A DNA stretch of 64,000 nt, from assembly GCF_024521635.1 (NCBI RefSeq), contig NW_026250408.1, forward strand, positions 992,001 to 1,056,000, given 5' to 3'. Source of the DNA: Tricharina praecox. Lineage: Eukaryota. The position numbers were made by a program, and so were the translations under genes. The notes under the pieces are model-generated. The model ran no database searches and had not been told where the DNA came from. It was given only the letters and a program-made list of their open reading frames with translations. Below are positions 1 to 11,568 of the stretch, one piece after another (the stretch's first letter is position 1; every line of letters starts with the position of its first letter).

Positions 1-60
1 CTGGGAGGCATCACCGCTGATCGCTCCGGGCTGGGTCTGGGCAAGATCTCTTTCGGATAA
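1..60 (+). CDS. Possible 3' end of an unidentified gene entering from outside the window (LGGITADRSGLGLGKISFG*)
   Basis: Frame 1 is open from the window edge to TAA at 58-60 and is followed by a T-rich, 3'UTR-like stretch. Product not recognised. Confidence 0.3.
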   Translation: MGGITADRSGLGLGKISFG

Positions 61-848
61 ATTGTTACGGGTCGGATTGCATCATAGAGGGTGGCATAGA
101 GTGCCTTGCTTTCTTTTTTTCCATGCTACAGCATTTACTGTTTGGTCTTGTCATTTTATACCACGCGGGCGATTTTATGCATTTCGAATCGGAGGTGGAG
201 AGGAGGATGACTGCTCTGTACAGGGAGGATCTAACTTTTACTTTACTTTCTACTATACCCACGCACACAAAAGGGGATACCTACTGGAGCACAACGCGGG
301 ATTCTTTTCATTTCGTTTTTCACAGATTCTAAAAGCTTAAAAGTGTGGGTTGGCCTGGTGCGGCAGGGGTGGGTGGGGCGGAGTTGTCTGCTTTTCTTTT
401 CATTTTACTTTCAATACTTCTACATGTGGGGGAATTTTGGCCTTCCTCTCTCTCTCTTTCACTCAAACGCTAAATCCTACCCGTATCCGTGTATGTGGTT
501 ATCCCTTCTTTTGGCTTTGGTTTTTCTCTGTTCACGTTTTTGGTTTGTCTGTATGGTAATTCTGTTTGATGTGGGGTTTGAATTTGGCATCGGACTTGGG
601 AATGAAGAATCCGTGATATGAGTGATATCTGGTGAATCTGGGATTGCACCGCAGAGGGCGGTGGGATCGGAGATATCCGAGAGATTGCGGATCCTTGCAC
701 GTCATCTCAGCGATGGCGATGTTTTACGTCATTCACAGACATGGACGACATTGGGCACATGCACTCGTGTATTACGATATTCTATTCTGTACAGTTATTA
801 GGTACTCTATGTGCTCTCATGAGCAATTACGGCTATAGTACACTGTCA

Positions 849-2328
849 CTACCTCCTCCTGCCACCGCCGAACCTACCGCCTCTTTTACCCTTGCTGTTC
901 TTGTTCTTGATGTTGAGCTTTCTAAAGTTCATGTGCGATGTAGCGTTCGCATCGATCTTGCGAGTTGCGGCAGGTTTCTTGGCCTTCTCCGCTGCTGCTG
1001 CTGGCTTCTTTTTGGACTTCTTTTTGGAGTCTTCTTCGTCGTCGTCCGAGGATGAGTCTTCGCCATTTTCGATGTCCGAGGGGATGGGTGGTTGGTCGTC
1101 GCCGCCTTCCGCCGCTGCTGCCTCCGCCTCCTCGGCTTCCTCTGCCTCGTTGTCGCCGGCTTGGGTACCAGGCTTGACAACCACGGGACGCACTGTAATT
1201 TCGTTAGTACGTCAAAGAGGAGCGAGGAGGGTGTGGAGAGCGTACTGATGACCCTGCGATGCTGCCTCTTGAGCCCCTTCTTCTTCCAGACCTTGCGCTC
1301 CGTGCCGTCATTCTCCTTGCCATCATCCGAGTCCTGCAGCGTATCCTCTACGAACGCGCCTGGCGGCAACGGCGGCAACTCCACCTCATCGAACAGGGGC
1401 TCGTCCTTCTTCTTCTCCTTCCTCTTCGGCACCTCCAACCCCGCCGCCTCCATCTCCATCTCGCGCATCGCCTCCTCATCGTCGTCGAGCGCATGCGCCT
1501 CCATCTCCCTCAGCTCCCTTAACATCGAGCTCAGTCCGCGCTTCGGCATCGGCGGCGGGCGCCTCACACGCGGACTATCGGCGCCGTCCTCCTCCGCTAC
1601 CTCCCGCGGCTTCCACTCGCGCAGCGCACTCGGCGTCGCGAAGATGTCATCCTTTTTTCCCGCGACCTCCGCCAGCTTCCTCTTCCTCGGCGTCGAGAGC
1701 GCCGGGGAGACCGACACGCGCTCGCCGCCGGATTTCGTCGGCGTGCCGAGTCCGGTGATCAGGCGCTTCGCGGACCGTGGTGGCGTCGACTCCACGTCGA
1801 TGAAACTGTCGAAGATACCAAGGACCTTGCCGGTTTTTTGCGGGGTGGGGCCGACTTGGTCACGTCGCCCGAATAGTCGCTGCCGGCGGATACTGAGCGG
1901 CGATTCGTAGATCTCGCTGTTGCTCCATGGGTTCGCGGAGGGGTTTTTGGTCGGCGTTTGGGTTAGTGCTGTGGGTGAGGGAGCAGTTGGCGCTGCTGGT
2001 GCTGGTGCTGCTGCTGTTGCGGGCCGCGAGACGGGGGAGGACTTTTTCTTGTCGGTGGAGGTAGAGGAGGAGGAGGAGCCGGAGCGGAGACGGGCGTATT
2101 CTTTGTATTTGGCAGCTATACGTGGTTATGTCAGAACAGGCTCCGGAAGGAAGGGAAGAATGAGGGAGAAAAAATACCTATCTCCCTGTCGGCTTTGGTT
2201 TCATCGCGGGTTGGTTTCCGGCCGTCGTGGGCTTTGGCGAAGGCATGTTCCCAGTCCTTCAACTCGACGCGTAGCTTGGTTATGCGCTCGGATTTTGACG
2301 GTTCTGTGGGGGGCGGATCGGAAGGCAT
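849..2328 (-). CDS. SLD2: DNA replication regulator Sld2/Drc1 (3 exons)
   Basis: N-terminal LRVELKDWEHAFAKAHDGRKPTRDE..IAAKYKEY, plus GPTPQ, many S/TP CDK sites, KKKGLKRQHRRVIMRPV and a C-terminal NFRKLNIK motif. Introns 2177-2116 and 1245-1193 are GT-AG and restore the frame. Confidence 0.9.
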
Positions 2329-2448
2329 TTGGTAGGTGTAGTGTGGAGAATGGTGGTCACTGGTCGGTGGTGTTTTGTTTACGGAACAGGGAGAACGCGA
2401 GGTGGGCTATGCCTGGTCAGCCAAGACTACTCGTGTAAAAAACAATCT

Positions 2449-2460
2449 ACGCGTCGCGTT
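2449..2460. promoter_or_regulatory. MCB (MluI cell-cycle box) ACGCGT with an adjacent CGCGTT in the SLD2/PRI1 bidirectional promoter
   Basis: ACGCGTCGCGTT lies in the 228-bp gap between two divergent replication genes. An extra ACGCGA is at about 2395. Confidence 0.6.
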
Positions 2461-2556
2461 TCCCCTGCAGTGCTAGTTATACTTGTTATTCCACTCGCAC
2501 ACGAACCATTACACTCGATATAGAAAGTCAACCACAACCACAACTACTACACGGCC

Positions 2557-4258
2557 ATGTCGTCCTCCGAAGAATTAGATCTCCCCGATGCCCCGCCCGT
2601 CATTGACCCCGCATCGGACGATGATGGCAGTGATGATGTCAAGGTCAAGCCGGAACCAGCACCGTCGTCTCCACCCGCCGCCGCCGGCGACAACAAGAAG
2701 GCCATCGAGAGGATCTTCGACGACGACTCGGACGCTGAGGGAAAGAAGGATGTCAAGGTCAAACCACAACTCGAGGACTCCGACGATGAGGATTACGGTG
2801 ATCTTCCGGATGCGGATCTATTCGAGTCTGAGGCATTGGCGGAAGTGTACGCTCCCCGCTCCCGTCCTGAAGAGAGAGAGAGGGGATTGTGTGGTGGCTA
2901 ACGGGCGCAATTACAGGCCCTCAAGGTCAACAGATTACTCAGATCCACAAGTGATGTATGCGTTCTACCAGCGTCTCTTCCCGTGGCGGATCCTCTTCCA
3001 ATGGCTCAACCACTCACCAATCCCCACGCACGACTTCGGCCACCGGGAATTCGCCTTCACCCTGCAGAACAGCGCGTACCTGCGCTACCAATCGTTCCCG
3101 ACCTTCGAGACGTTACGCAAAGACGTTCTGAAGCTCAACCCAAGCCGATTCGAGATCGGCCCGGTGTACAGTGCGAATCCGCGCGACCGCAAGTCGTTAC
3201 GCAAAGCCGCATTCAAGCCTATAGCGAAGGAATTGGTCTTCGATATCGATTTGACGGACTACGATGATGTTCGCACGTGCTGCGATAAGGCGAATATCTG
3301 CAATAAGTGCTGGCAGTTCATCACCGTGGCTATAAAGATCATGGATGTCGCGCTCAGGGACGATTTTGGGTTCAAGCACATCATGTGGGTGTACTCCGGG
3401 CGGAGAGGTGCGCACGCCTGGGTGTGCGATAGGAGGGCGAGGGAGATGGATGATCAGAAGAGGAGGTCGATTGCGTCGTATCTGGAGGTGGTTAGGGGTG
3501 GTGATAAGTCCGGGAAGAAGGTGAATCTGCGCAGGCCGCTGCATCCGCATCTGGCCAGGAGTATGGAGGTGCTCCGTGACTCGTTCGGTCAGAATATCCT
3601 GCGGGATCAGGATCCGTGGCGGGAGAACGATAGGGCGGAGAAGCTGCTCGACCTTCTTCCCGACAAGAGTATGCCATTCGCCCACTCAATACCTTTTCTC
3701 GATCGATAGTTGGCTGACACTGCTTTCCGCAATCCAGCGCTCGTTGCTGAGCTCCGGAAAAAATGGAATTCACTTCCTGGCCGCTCCTCGACCGCGAAGT
3801 GGAACGATATCGACGCACAGGCCAAAAGCGCCAGTAAAACCCTGGACACACAGAAGCTCCTCACGTCGAAGCAGGACATCGTGTTCGAATACCTCTACCC
3901 CCGGCTCGATGCCGAAGTCTCCAAGCACCTCAACCATTTGCTGAAGTCTCCATTCGTCGTGCACCCGGGCACGGGCAGGGTGTGTGTCCCCATCGACTCC
4001 AAGCGTCCAGAAGATTTCGATCCGCTGGCGGTCCCAACTGTTACCAGTCTGCTCAAGGAAATCGATGAGTGGAATGGTAATCATAAGGAAGACGGCGAAA
4101 AGGGCGCCGAGGAGAAGATTCCGGATTATGAAAAGACTAGCTTAAAGCCGTATGTCGAGTACTTCCGACGATTCGTGGCAGGCATCGTCAAGGAGGAGTC
4201 GAAGGAGAAGGTTAATCTTAAGCGGGAGAGGAGCGCGGTGGATGCTATGGAATATTAG
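2557..4258 (+). CDS. PRI1: DNA primase small (catalytic) subunit (3 exons)
   Basis: Motifs REFAFT, RFEIGPVY, KELVFDIDLTDYD, YSGRRGAH, YPRLDAEVSKHLNHLLKSPFVVHPGTGRVCVP. Introns near 2846-2916 and 3669-3737. Confidence 0.95.
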
Positions 4259-4542
4259 GGCGTCTTCTTTTTTGGTTGTTTGTGGTTCTGTTCTATCTAG
4301 GCTTAATGAATGATGCTCCGGTGGTGGAACGTGAGCGCGTGAACAAGGTCAACCCTAAATTTAAATAGATATCCGCAGCTAGAGTAACTAGAGTCATCTT
4401 GCAGCACCGCATGCCCCACTACCGGTACCGATTTTTGACCTGCCTCGTCGCAAACCTCGTTCGAGTCACACCCACCACCAGATATCTCGCATCGAGACAC
4501 TTGCAACCTCACAGCCACCGTCTCACGGCCCCATTCGCATCA

Positions 4543-5714
4543 ATGGCCGACCAAGCCGAACCCGCAACTGCGCCCGTCGCAGTGACCGAGACCCCCGACG
4601 CGCGCACCACCTCACCGCCCACGACCGAGGGCACTTCCACCGCACCTTCCACCACCGAGGACACTGCCACGGCGCCCCCGCTGTCCAAGAACCAGCAAAA
4701 AAAGCTCGCAAAGCAAAAGCGTTTCGAGGAGACGCGGCCGGCATGGAAGGCCGCGCGCAGGGAGAAGGAAAAAGCGCGGAAGGCGCGCAAGCGCGAGGAG
4801 AACGCCTTGAAGCGCAAGGCCGAGGACGAGGCGGCCGCCGCCGACGAAGGCGTCGAGGTTACCAAGCGCGTCAAGGTCGCGCCGCCGAGGGTGCTCGAGG
4901 ATATCACCCTGCTCATCGATTGTGGGTTTGATGCGTTGATGACTGAGAGGGTGAGTGCCCAAGGGAGGGAGGGAGGGAAGGGGAAAGGGTGGGAAAGGGC
5001 TGATGGTGTGGTGTGTAGGAAGTCGTCTCGATGTCGTCGCAGCTCACGCGATGCTATTCTGCAAACCGTAATTCCACGCGGCAGTTCAAGATGCATGTCT
5101 CGTCGCTCAACGCGCGCCTGCTGGAGCGGTACGAGGGGACGCTGCAGCACCAGCACAAGAAGTGGAAAGGCATGACGTTCTCTCACGACCCATACCCGAT
5201 CACCGACGAGAACCGCGAGAACCTCGTGTACCTCACCGCCGACAGCGAGAATACCATCTCCGAGCTGGAGCAGGGTAAGACGTATATCATCGGCGGAATC
5301 GTCGATCGGAATAGACACAAGATGCTGTGCTTCAATAAGGCGAAGGAACAGGGTATTGCCCATGGAAAGTTGCCCATTGGAGAGTATATCAAGATGGCCA
5401 GTAGACAGGTCTTGACCACTAATCAGGTGGTCGAGATTATGTGTGAGTGGCTCAAGGAGAAGGATTGGGAGAAGGCGTTTATTAAGGTTATTCCGCAAAG
5501 AAAGATGCCCGCCCTTAGGAAAGCGGGCGAGGGCGAGGGTAAAGAGGACGAGGAATATGATGAAGAGGAATATGCTGAGGAGGGGCAAGAGGAAGAGATT
5601 GTAGCGGAGGAAACGAAGCCGGAGGTGCAGCATGAGCAGCCAGAGAAGATGGAGGTTGACTCTGTAGAAAATAAGAAGGAGCAGGAGGAAAAGACGGAAG
5701 CACCACCGCCATAA
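4543..5714 (+). CDS. TRM10: tRNA (guanine(9)-N1)-methyltransferase (2 exons); possible upstream in-frame start at 4411
   Basis: LSKNQQKK, IDCGFDALM, SQLTRCYSANR, YLTADS, YIIGGIVDRNRHK, LPIGEY, VLTTNQV, IPQRK. Intron 4951-5018. Confidence 0.92.
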
Positions 5715-5975
5715 CCTGGATCTTGTACAGTAATATAATCACATCCTTCAAATGTACAGACAAATTTCCGCACCGAACCGATCTATGTACAGTGTCAGTG
5801 GGCACATTCTTATCAAGAAGCCGTCTCATACATGCTGAGTCACTTGTCGCTTGAAATATTTGCCCGCATCACCAGAGATTGCTCTGTTTGCCTCATCTTA
5901 GACGATCAAGTGTTCTAGGAGATGTAGCGATTAAAGTGTCTAAAAAGTAAATGGTATCAAACTGGCCGTGGGCGC

Positions 5976-6938
5976 CTAGATCATATCCCCCTCCAGTCCC
6001 GCATTTTCCTAACCGCGCATCAGCATTAGTGTCTTCCTGCATTCATGGCCGCAACTCGACTTACCCACAACTCCTTCACATCTCCCTCGTAGCCATCACA
6101 CACCATCCCCCAAAACTCCCTGAACTGCTTCCTGCGTCTAGCATACTCCTTCTCTAGGAAGGCATACTCCTTTTCGGCAGCAGCGCGCGTAGCCGGATCC
6201 GCAACCGGAGTCTCGGAGACAGCACGGAGTCCCTTGAGCGTCTCCTCCAGCGCCGCAGCCTCGGCCTCGACGACCTCGATGGAGTCATTCAGTGCGTCAA
6301 TGCTGGGCGTGGACTTGAGAGCCGCGAGGGAGGCGTGCGCGGCTTTGATGGAGGCCTTGAGGGCGGCGGTTTCCGCCTTGATGCCTGAGTTTCTTTTGTG
6401 AGGTCGGTGAAATGCGACTGGAAGGTGGGGAGTACCTTCGATCTCCTCATCCATCGCCTTGAGGTCTTCTTCGCTGGAGTTCTCGGTAGGGCTCTGGAGT
6501 GGCGTCAGATGTTGCGATTTTAAAGCTCATCCTTTGGAAGGAAATGTACCTGGATGGCGTGGTACACAATTTGCTTTCCCGAGACCCTTCCCTCGATCTG
6601 CCCGCTTTCGTGCATCTCCTTGAGGATTTTGGTGGCAGTCGCTGTGGGTCATTAGTCCTCATACACGGCTGTAGCCAGTGGTGACAAACCTTTGGTAACA
6701 GCATTGTGAAGGTTGGAGCTCACGTCTCCCAACAGCTTTCGTTAGAATATGCAGACTTAAGAGAAAAACTAGGGGTATACCCGCAGCGGAGTAAGGCCGG
6801 TTCTGCTGTTCGAGGTACTCAAAGATCATCTCCGAGGCTTTCAATTTCAGTATAATCTTCCAAGAAGACAGGATGAATGACGAAGATAGTACCTTGATCG
6901 CCCTTGAACTGCTCTTTCTTCTCTTTCTTGGGCGGCAT
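5976..6938 (-). CDS. HOP2: Homologous-pairing protein Hop2/TBPIP (multi-exon)
   Basis: MPPKKEK start, IFEYLEQQNRPYSA, winged-helix GKQIVYHAIQ, coiled coil, RRRKQFREFW and a final exon ENAGLEGDMI*. Short GT-AG introns link the fragments. Confidence 0.85.
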
Positions 6939-7076
6939 CTTGGAAGTTTATTTCGCTATCGTGGTGGTCGAGTGGGTTGGAGGTGGATGGAATGGGAGTG
7001 ACGAGTTGGGTATGTCAACAGCTGTCACTCGCCCAATCACCTCGATCACGTGCCCGTCAAGCTAGGTAGCACATTA

Positions 7077-7082
7077 ACGCGT
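7077..7082. promoter_or_regulatory. MCB element ACGCGT in the HOP2/CHL1 bidirectional promoter
   Basis: ACGCGT in the 205-bp divergent gap, with CCAAT and CACGTG just upstream. Confidence 0.45.
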
Positions 7083-7143
7083 ACCTCACAACGCCCATTC
7101 CGATACAGCAAGAAACCGAAACCCGCGCCCAACTGTAACTACC

Positions 7144-10100
7144 ATGGCGGACGCAACGAAAACGCAACGTGACTTTCATCACCCCTACACGCCGTACTCC
7201 ATACAATTGGAGTTTATGGACGCCCTGTACGAGGCAGTGGAAAACGGTTGTGTGGGCATCTTTGAGTCTCCGACTGGTGTGTTTACCCACCGTCGATACC
7301 ACCACCCATGTCGGGCAAACGCTGACGAGTCGAAGGAACGGTACATTGTATTGATCCAAAGCAACGGTCGTGCCGAGGCTGACGCCGAGAAAGGGAAAAT
7401 CTCTAAGCCTGATTTGCGGTGCCTTGACTTGGCTTCGAGACCATAAGAGTCGTGATCTCGAGGCGCAGTTGCAGACTGAAGATGGAGGTACTTTAGTCCG
7501 CAGGACCCAATTGAACTCTGTTACTTACGATCTTGCTGCAAAGACTCCGACGAACCAGCTTGGGTCCGCGAGTACGCCGTTAAAGAAAAGAAGGAACAGA
7601 TCCTGCGGGCCAAGACAGATCTCGAGGAGCGGCTGAAGGCCATTCGGGACAAGGAGGCGAAAGAGAAAGTGTTGAGTCTCCGGGATAACGATACGAGAGC
7701 GTTTAAGAAGACGGTTTGTTCCCGTAAATCTGGAGGTGGTCTGAGACGGAGGCTAATGGGCAGGTAGAGGAAAAACGTCGAAGTAGAATTGGAAAATGAT
7801 GATGAGGCCCAGTTTGTGCTGGATGATTACGAAAGCGACGATGAATTCGGCTCAAAAAGACAGAAGGAGTCGGATGATTACTCGCCGGCGGTGAGGGAGC
7901 TCATGATGAAGTGAGCGGCTTGGTCGTGTGGGTGATGTAAGTGACTGACGTACTGATGAACGTAGGCTCGGTATGCCCGACTCCGGAGCACCTCCAAGGG
8001 AAGATCCGGAGATGGAACTACCCGACGAGACGAAAGTAATCTTAATTCTTCACAGTGACTTCCCGAGTGGCTGATGGGGTTGTAGATTTTCTTTTGTTCA
8101 CGCACACATTCCCAGCTCACACAATTCGTTAACGAATTACGGCGAGTGGATATGCCACCGTCCTTTTCAAGCGGAGACGAAGAGCTGCGGGAACAGATCA
8201 AGCACTTGTCACTAGGATCACGGAAGAACTTGTGCATTAACCCTGCGGTCGCAAAACTGAAGAGCGTCACGGCGATGAATGAGAAGTGCCTAGATATGCA
8301 GAAATCTGGGACGAAAGGCTCCGAAAAGCGGTGTCAATTCTTACCCACTAAAGAGGATCAGGTCGTTGTTCGAGACTTTCGGGATCACGCACTCGCAACT
8401 ATCCGGGATATCGAGGATCTTTCGAAGCTCGGGAAAACTATGGGGACTTGTCCGTATTATGCTGTCCGGGCGGCAATCAAACCAAGCGAGGTTGGTACTA
8501 TCATCTGCTTATATGGGTTCAATACTGAATGGTAACCAGATAGTCACATTACCTTATCCCCTTCTCCTACAGAAATCTGCCCGGGAAGCACTCGGTATCT
8601 CTCTCAAGGGCCATGTCGTCGTCATCGATGAAGCCCATAACCTGATCGATGCCATTTCATCGATCCACTCAATCACCGTGACACTCACACAGCTTACACG
8701 ATGTCGAGAACAACTGGAAATATATCTTGCCAAATTCCGGAACAGACTCAAAGGCTCCAACAAGGTGTATGTGATGCAGATCAGTCGTCTCTTGGGTGGA
8801 TTGGCATCTTACCTCGAGGATTTGAGCAACGGAGGCAAAGAGGGCGAGGTTCAGCCTGGCGATCTTCTTGCTGCCAAGGGAACAGATCAGATAAACTTCT
8901 TTAAACTGCAGAATTATCTCGCTGAGAGCAAACTGGCGAGGAAACTGGAAGGATATCTCATCCACACAGAGCAGAAACAAGCAGAGCAGCTTCAGCGTCG
9001 GGGCAAGCCGGCGGAACAAAACAAGCCCAAGGACTCGGTTCCTATGCTCACACATCTCCAGGGGTTTCTGTTGGCTTTGACCAATCCATCGGACGAAGGC
9101 AAAGTTTTCTACGGAAGGACAGAGACCAAAGATGCCTGCTTCAAATACATGCTCCTTGACCCGGCGTTCCATTTCCGAGGTGTCGTAGAGGAAGCGAGGT
9201 CTGTCATCCTCGCCGGAGGGACGATGCAGCCTATGCAGGACTACACGACGCACCTCTTCCCTTATCTTCCCAGGGAGAAGATCCGTACATTATCCTGCGG
9301 ACACGTCATTCCAAAAGACAATCTCCTTGCCTGGCCAATGGCTATGGGACCCACCAAACGAGAGTTCCAGTTCACGTTCGATAAACGTATGGATCCCAAT
9401 CTGATCGCAGAGTTAGGCAGGGCAATCGCCAACATCTGCACGGTGGTACCTCACGGCGTCGTCTGTTTCTTTCCCAGCTATGCGTATCTTAGCTTCGTCA
9501 TTGCGCAGTGGCAGAAGAAACTGGGCGAGGGCTTGTCGGTATGGGATCGGCTCGGCCAGAAGAAAGAAATATTCCAAGAGTCGAGCGAGAAGAGCAGCGT
9601 CGAGGAAACTCTGGCGGAATACGCCCGGGAGATTGATTCTGGCAAGGGTGCACTTCTGTTGAGCGTTGTCGGAGGCAAGATGAGCGAAGGGATCAACTTT
9701 AATGATAAGTAAGTCAGCCTTCCTCTTGCAGCTATGCAGTCGGAGATTGTTCCTCCGCGGGCTGGAGGGCATTCTCTGCATAAAATGCAGGTCAGATTTT
9801 TCTTCTTCGAAACTTGGTCCGTATGCGTTTCATGCCTAACATTCACCGGTGCACAGTCTTGGCCGCGGAGTAGTCATGATCGGACTCCCCTTCCCCAACG
9901 CGCAGACGCCGGAGTGGAAGGCGAAGCTACAGCACGTGGAAAAGGTTGCATATGATTCCCTCGATGAAACCTCGGGATCCCTGTCTCAAAGGCAAGCCCT
10001 GGCCAAAGCCGCTGGGAGAGAGTTCTACGAAAATGCATGCATGCGGGCCGTCAACCAGAGTATCGGCAGGGCGATTCGACATAGAGAGGATTATGCAACG

Positions 10101-10280
10101 ATCATCCTCATCGACAAACGATACACCGGTCAGCGCATCCAGGACAAATTGCCAGGCTGGATCAAGACAGGTCTGGTCAATTTCGATGTTTCCAAAGGTG
10201 AAGGGCAGTTTGGGGATTTCATGAAGGGCTGCGGAGCTTTTTTTAGAGGGAAGAAGGCGGGAACGGAAAGGACGGGTTGA
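7144..10280 (+). CDS. CHL1: ATP-dependent DNA helicase Chl1/DDX11 (Fe-S, XPD family; many exons including a 5-nt microexon)
   Basis: [82 protein letters not shown]. Confidence 0.95.
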
Positions 10281-11568
10281 AGAAGATCTGATCCTGGGAG
10301 TTGGAGAGCGCCGACGATCATCGGAAGCCTGGCTATAGGGAGAGCCTGTCGCTGGCCAGTCATTGTACGGTGATTGGTCGGGGACATAGATCTTAAAGGG
10401 TTTTGTGAGGCGCCGTAGCCGTGCATTCTGCTAGATCCTCCGTGACAAATCCGCTACAGGCATCGTCCATAAACCTATTTCATCACTCACAAGCGTGTAC
10501 GCCGATAGGTATCAGGTCGCTACCTCTCGGTTGACCGGGTCGAGATGACGGCGGAGACTGACAGGAGGGCAGCCAGACCTGAGGCTTCCGCAGAGTGCTT
10601 ACAGAAGCTTATTCTCCCACCAGCTGCCTATGACGATGTTGTAAGCCGCCAGCTTGTTTGGTCATGGGTGGTCTGCGACGGAGGGGCCCGGTACATTATG
10701 CGATGCCAAGTACGAGCAAAAACACCGGGTACCGATGCAGGTACATACGCCTTGACTTCAGCTGCCAACAAGACAGCGGAGTCGCCCGGGTGAGTAGCGG
10801 GGGCTCTGGAGGAGATGAAGAAATGCCCTCGCTCTCGCACTCTGAGGATTCTTCACTACAGCGCTGTGGTCGCAAGGGTAAGCGGCGGCGGCGCTGGGCG
10901 CATGCTGTAGATATGCAGGGATCGTTGAAACCGAACCTAAAACCCAAAAGCGACGCCCTCCATCCTTCGCTCGTACCCGGGCCCAAAGCACCTGTAAATT
11001 TGCATGCATTTCAGTCGCTTAGATACAATCCAACTTTGCTTTATCTGCAGCCGCCTATCGTTCGGAACCCCCCGCGGCAATGGCTTCCTTCCCAGGAAAA
11101 CCCCCACAGCCTTGATTGGATGTAGCGCATCGTTACAGCGCTCTGGGTCGAAACAGACTCGACACGTTCTGAGCCATGGAGCCTGGTTTCGAGTCCTCGG
11201 CCATCACGAGTGTCCGTATTCAACACTTTTGATACCAGCTGGCAGAGCCAGACGCCACCAGTCGCCATGGAGGGGACAGCTGCTGCTTCAGCCTCTCCGT
11301 CCATCTCTGTTTTTAAGACCACCTTCTCCCAAGAAACCGGACCACTTTTTTCCTTTCTCTTTCGTTCTCTACACCACTACAGCTTCATCTGTACCATCTC
11401 AAGTTTGCTGAACAGGTGCCGGGGTCGTTCTTTTGCGTTTTAATTCCCCTCCCCCACCTTTCCTTCTTCTGCACTCGCCGGCCGAGATTTTTTTATTCTA
11501 ACATCATACGTTGATCGTTTATTCTATACCCTCTTTATATTCCTATTTTCGAATTTTTGAGCTTCGAG

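Noticed and set aside
4509..5633. 374-aa antisense ORF over TRM10, and similar long antisense ORFs over SLD2 and the NLR
   Set aside because: These are shadow frames of GC3-rich coding sequence.
9709..9856. TPP riboswitch or snoRNA in the CHL1 intron
   Set aside because: There are no CTGAGA/CCTGA TPP core motifs and no box C/D pair. The host gene is unrelated to thiamine.
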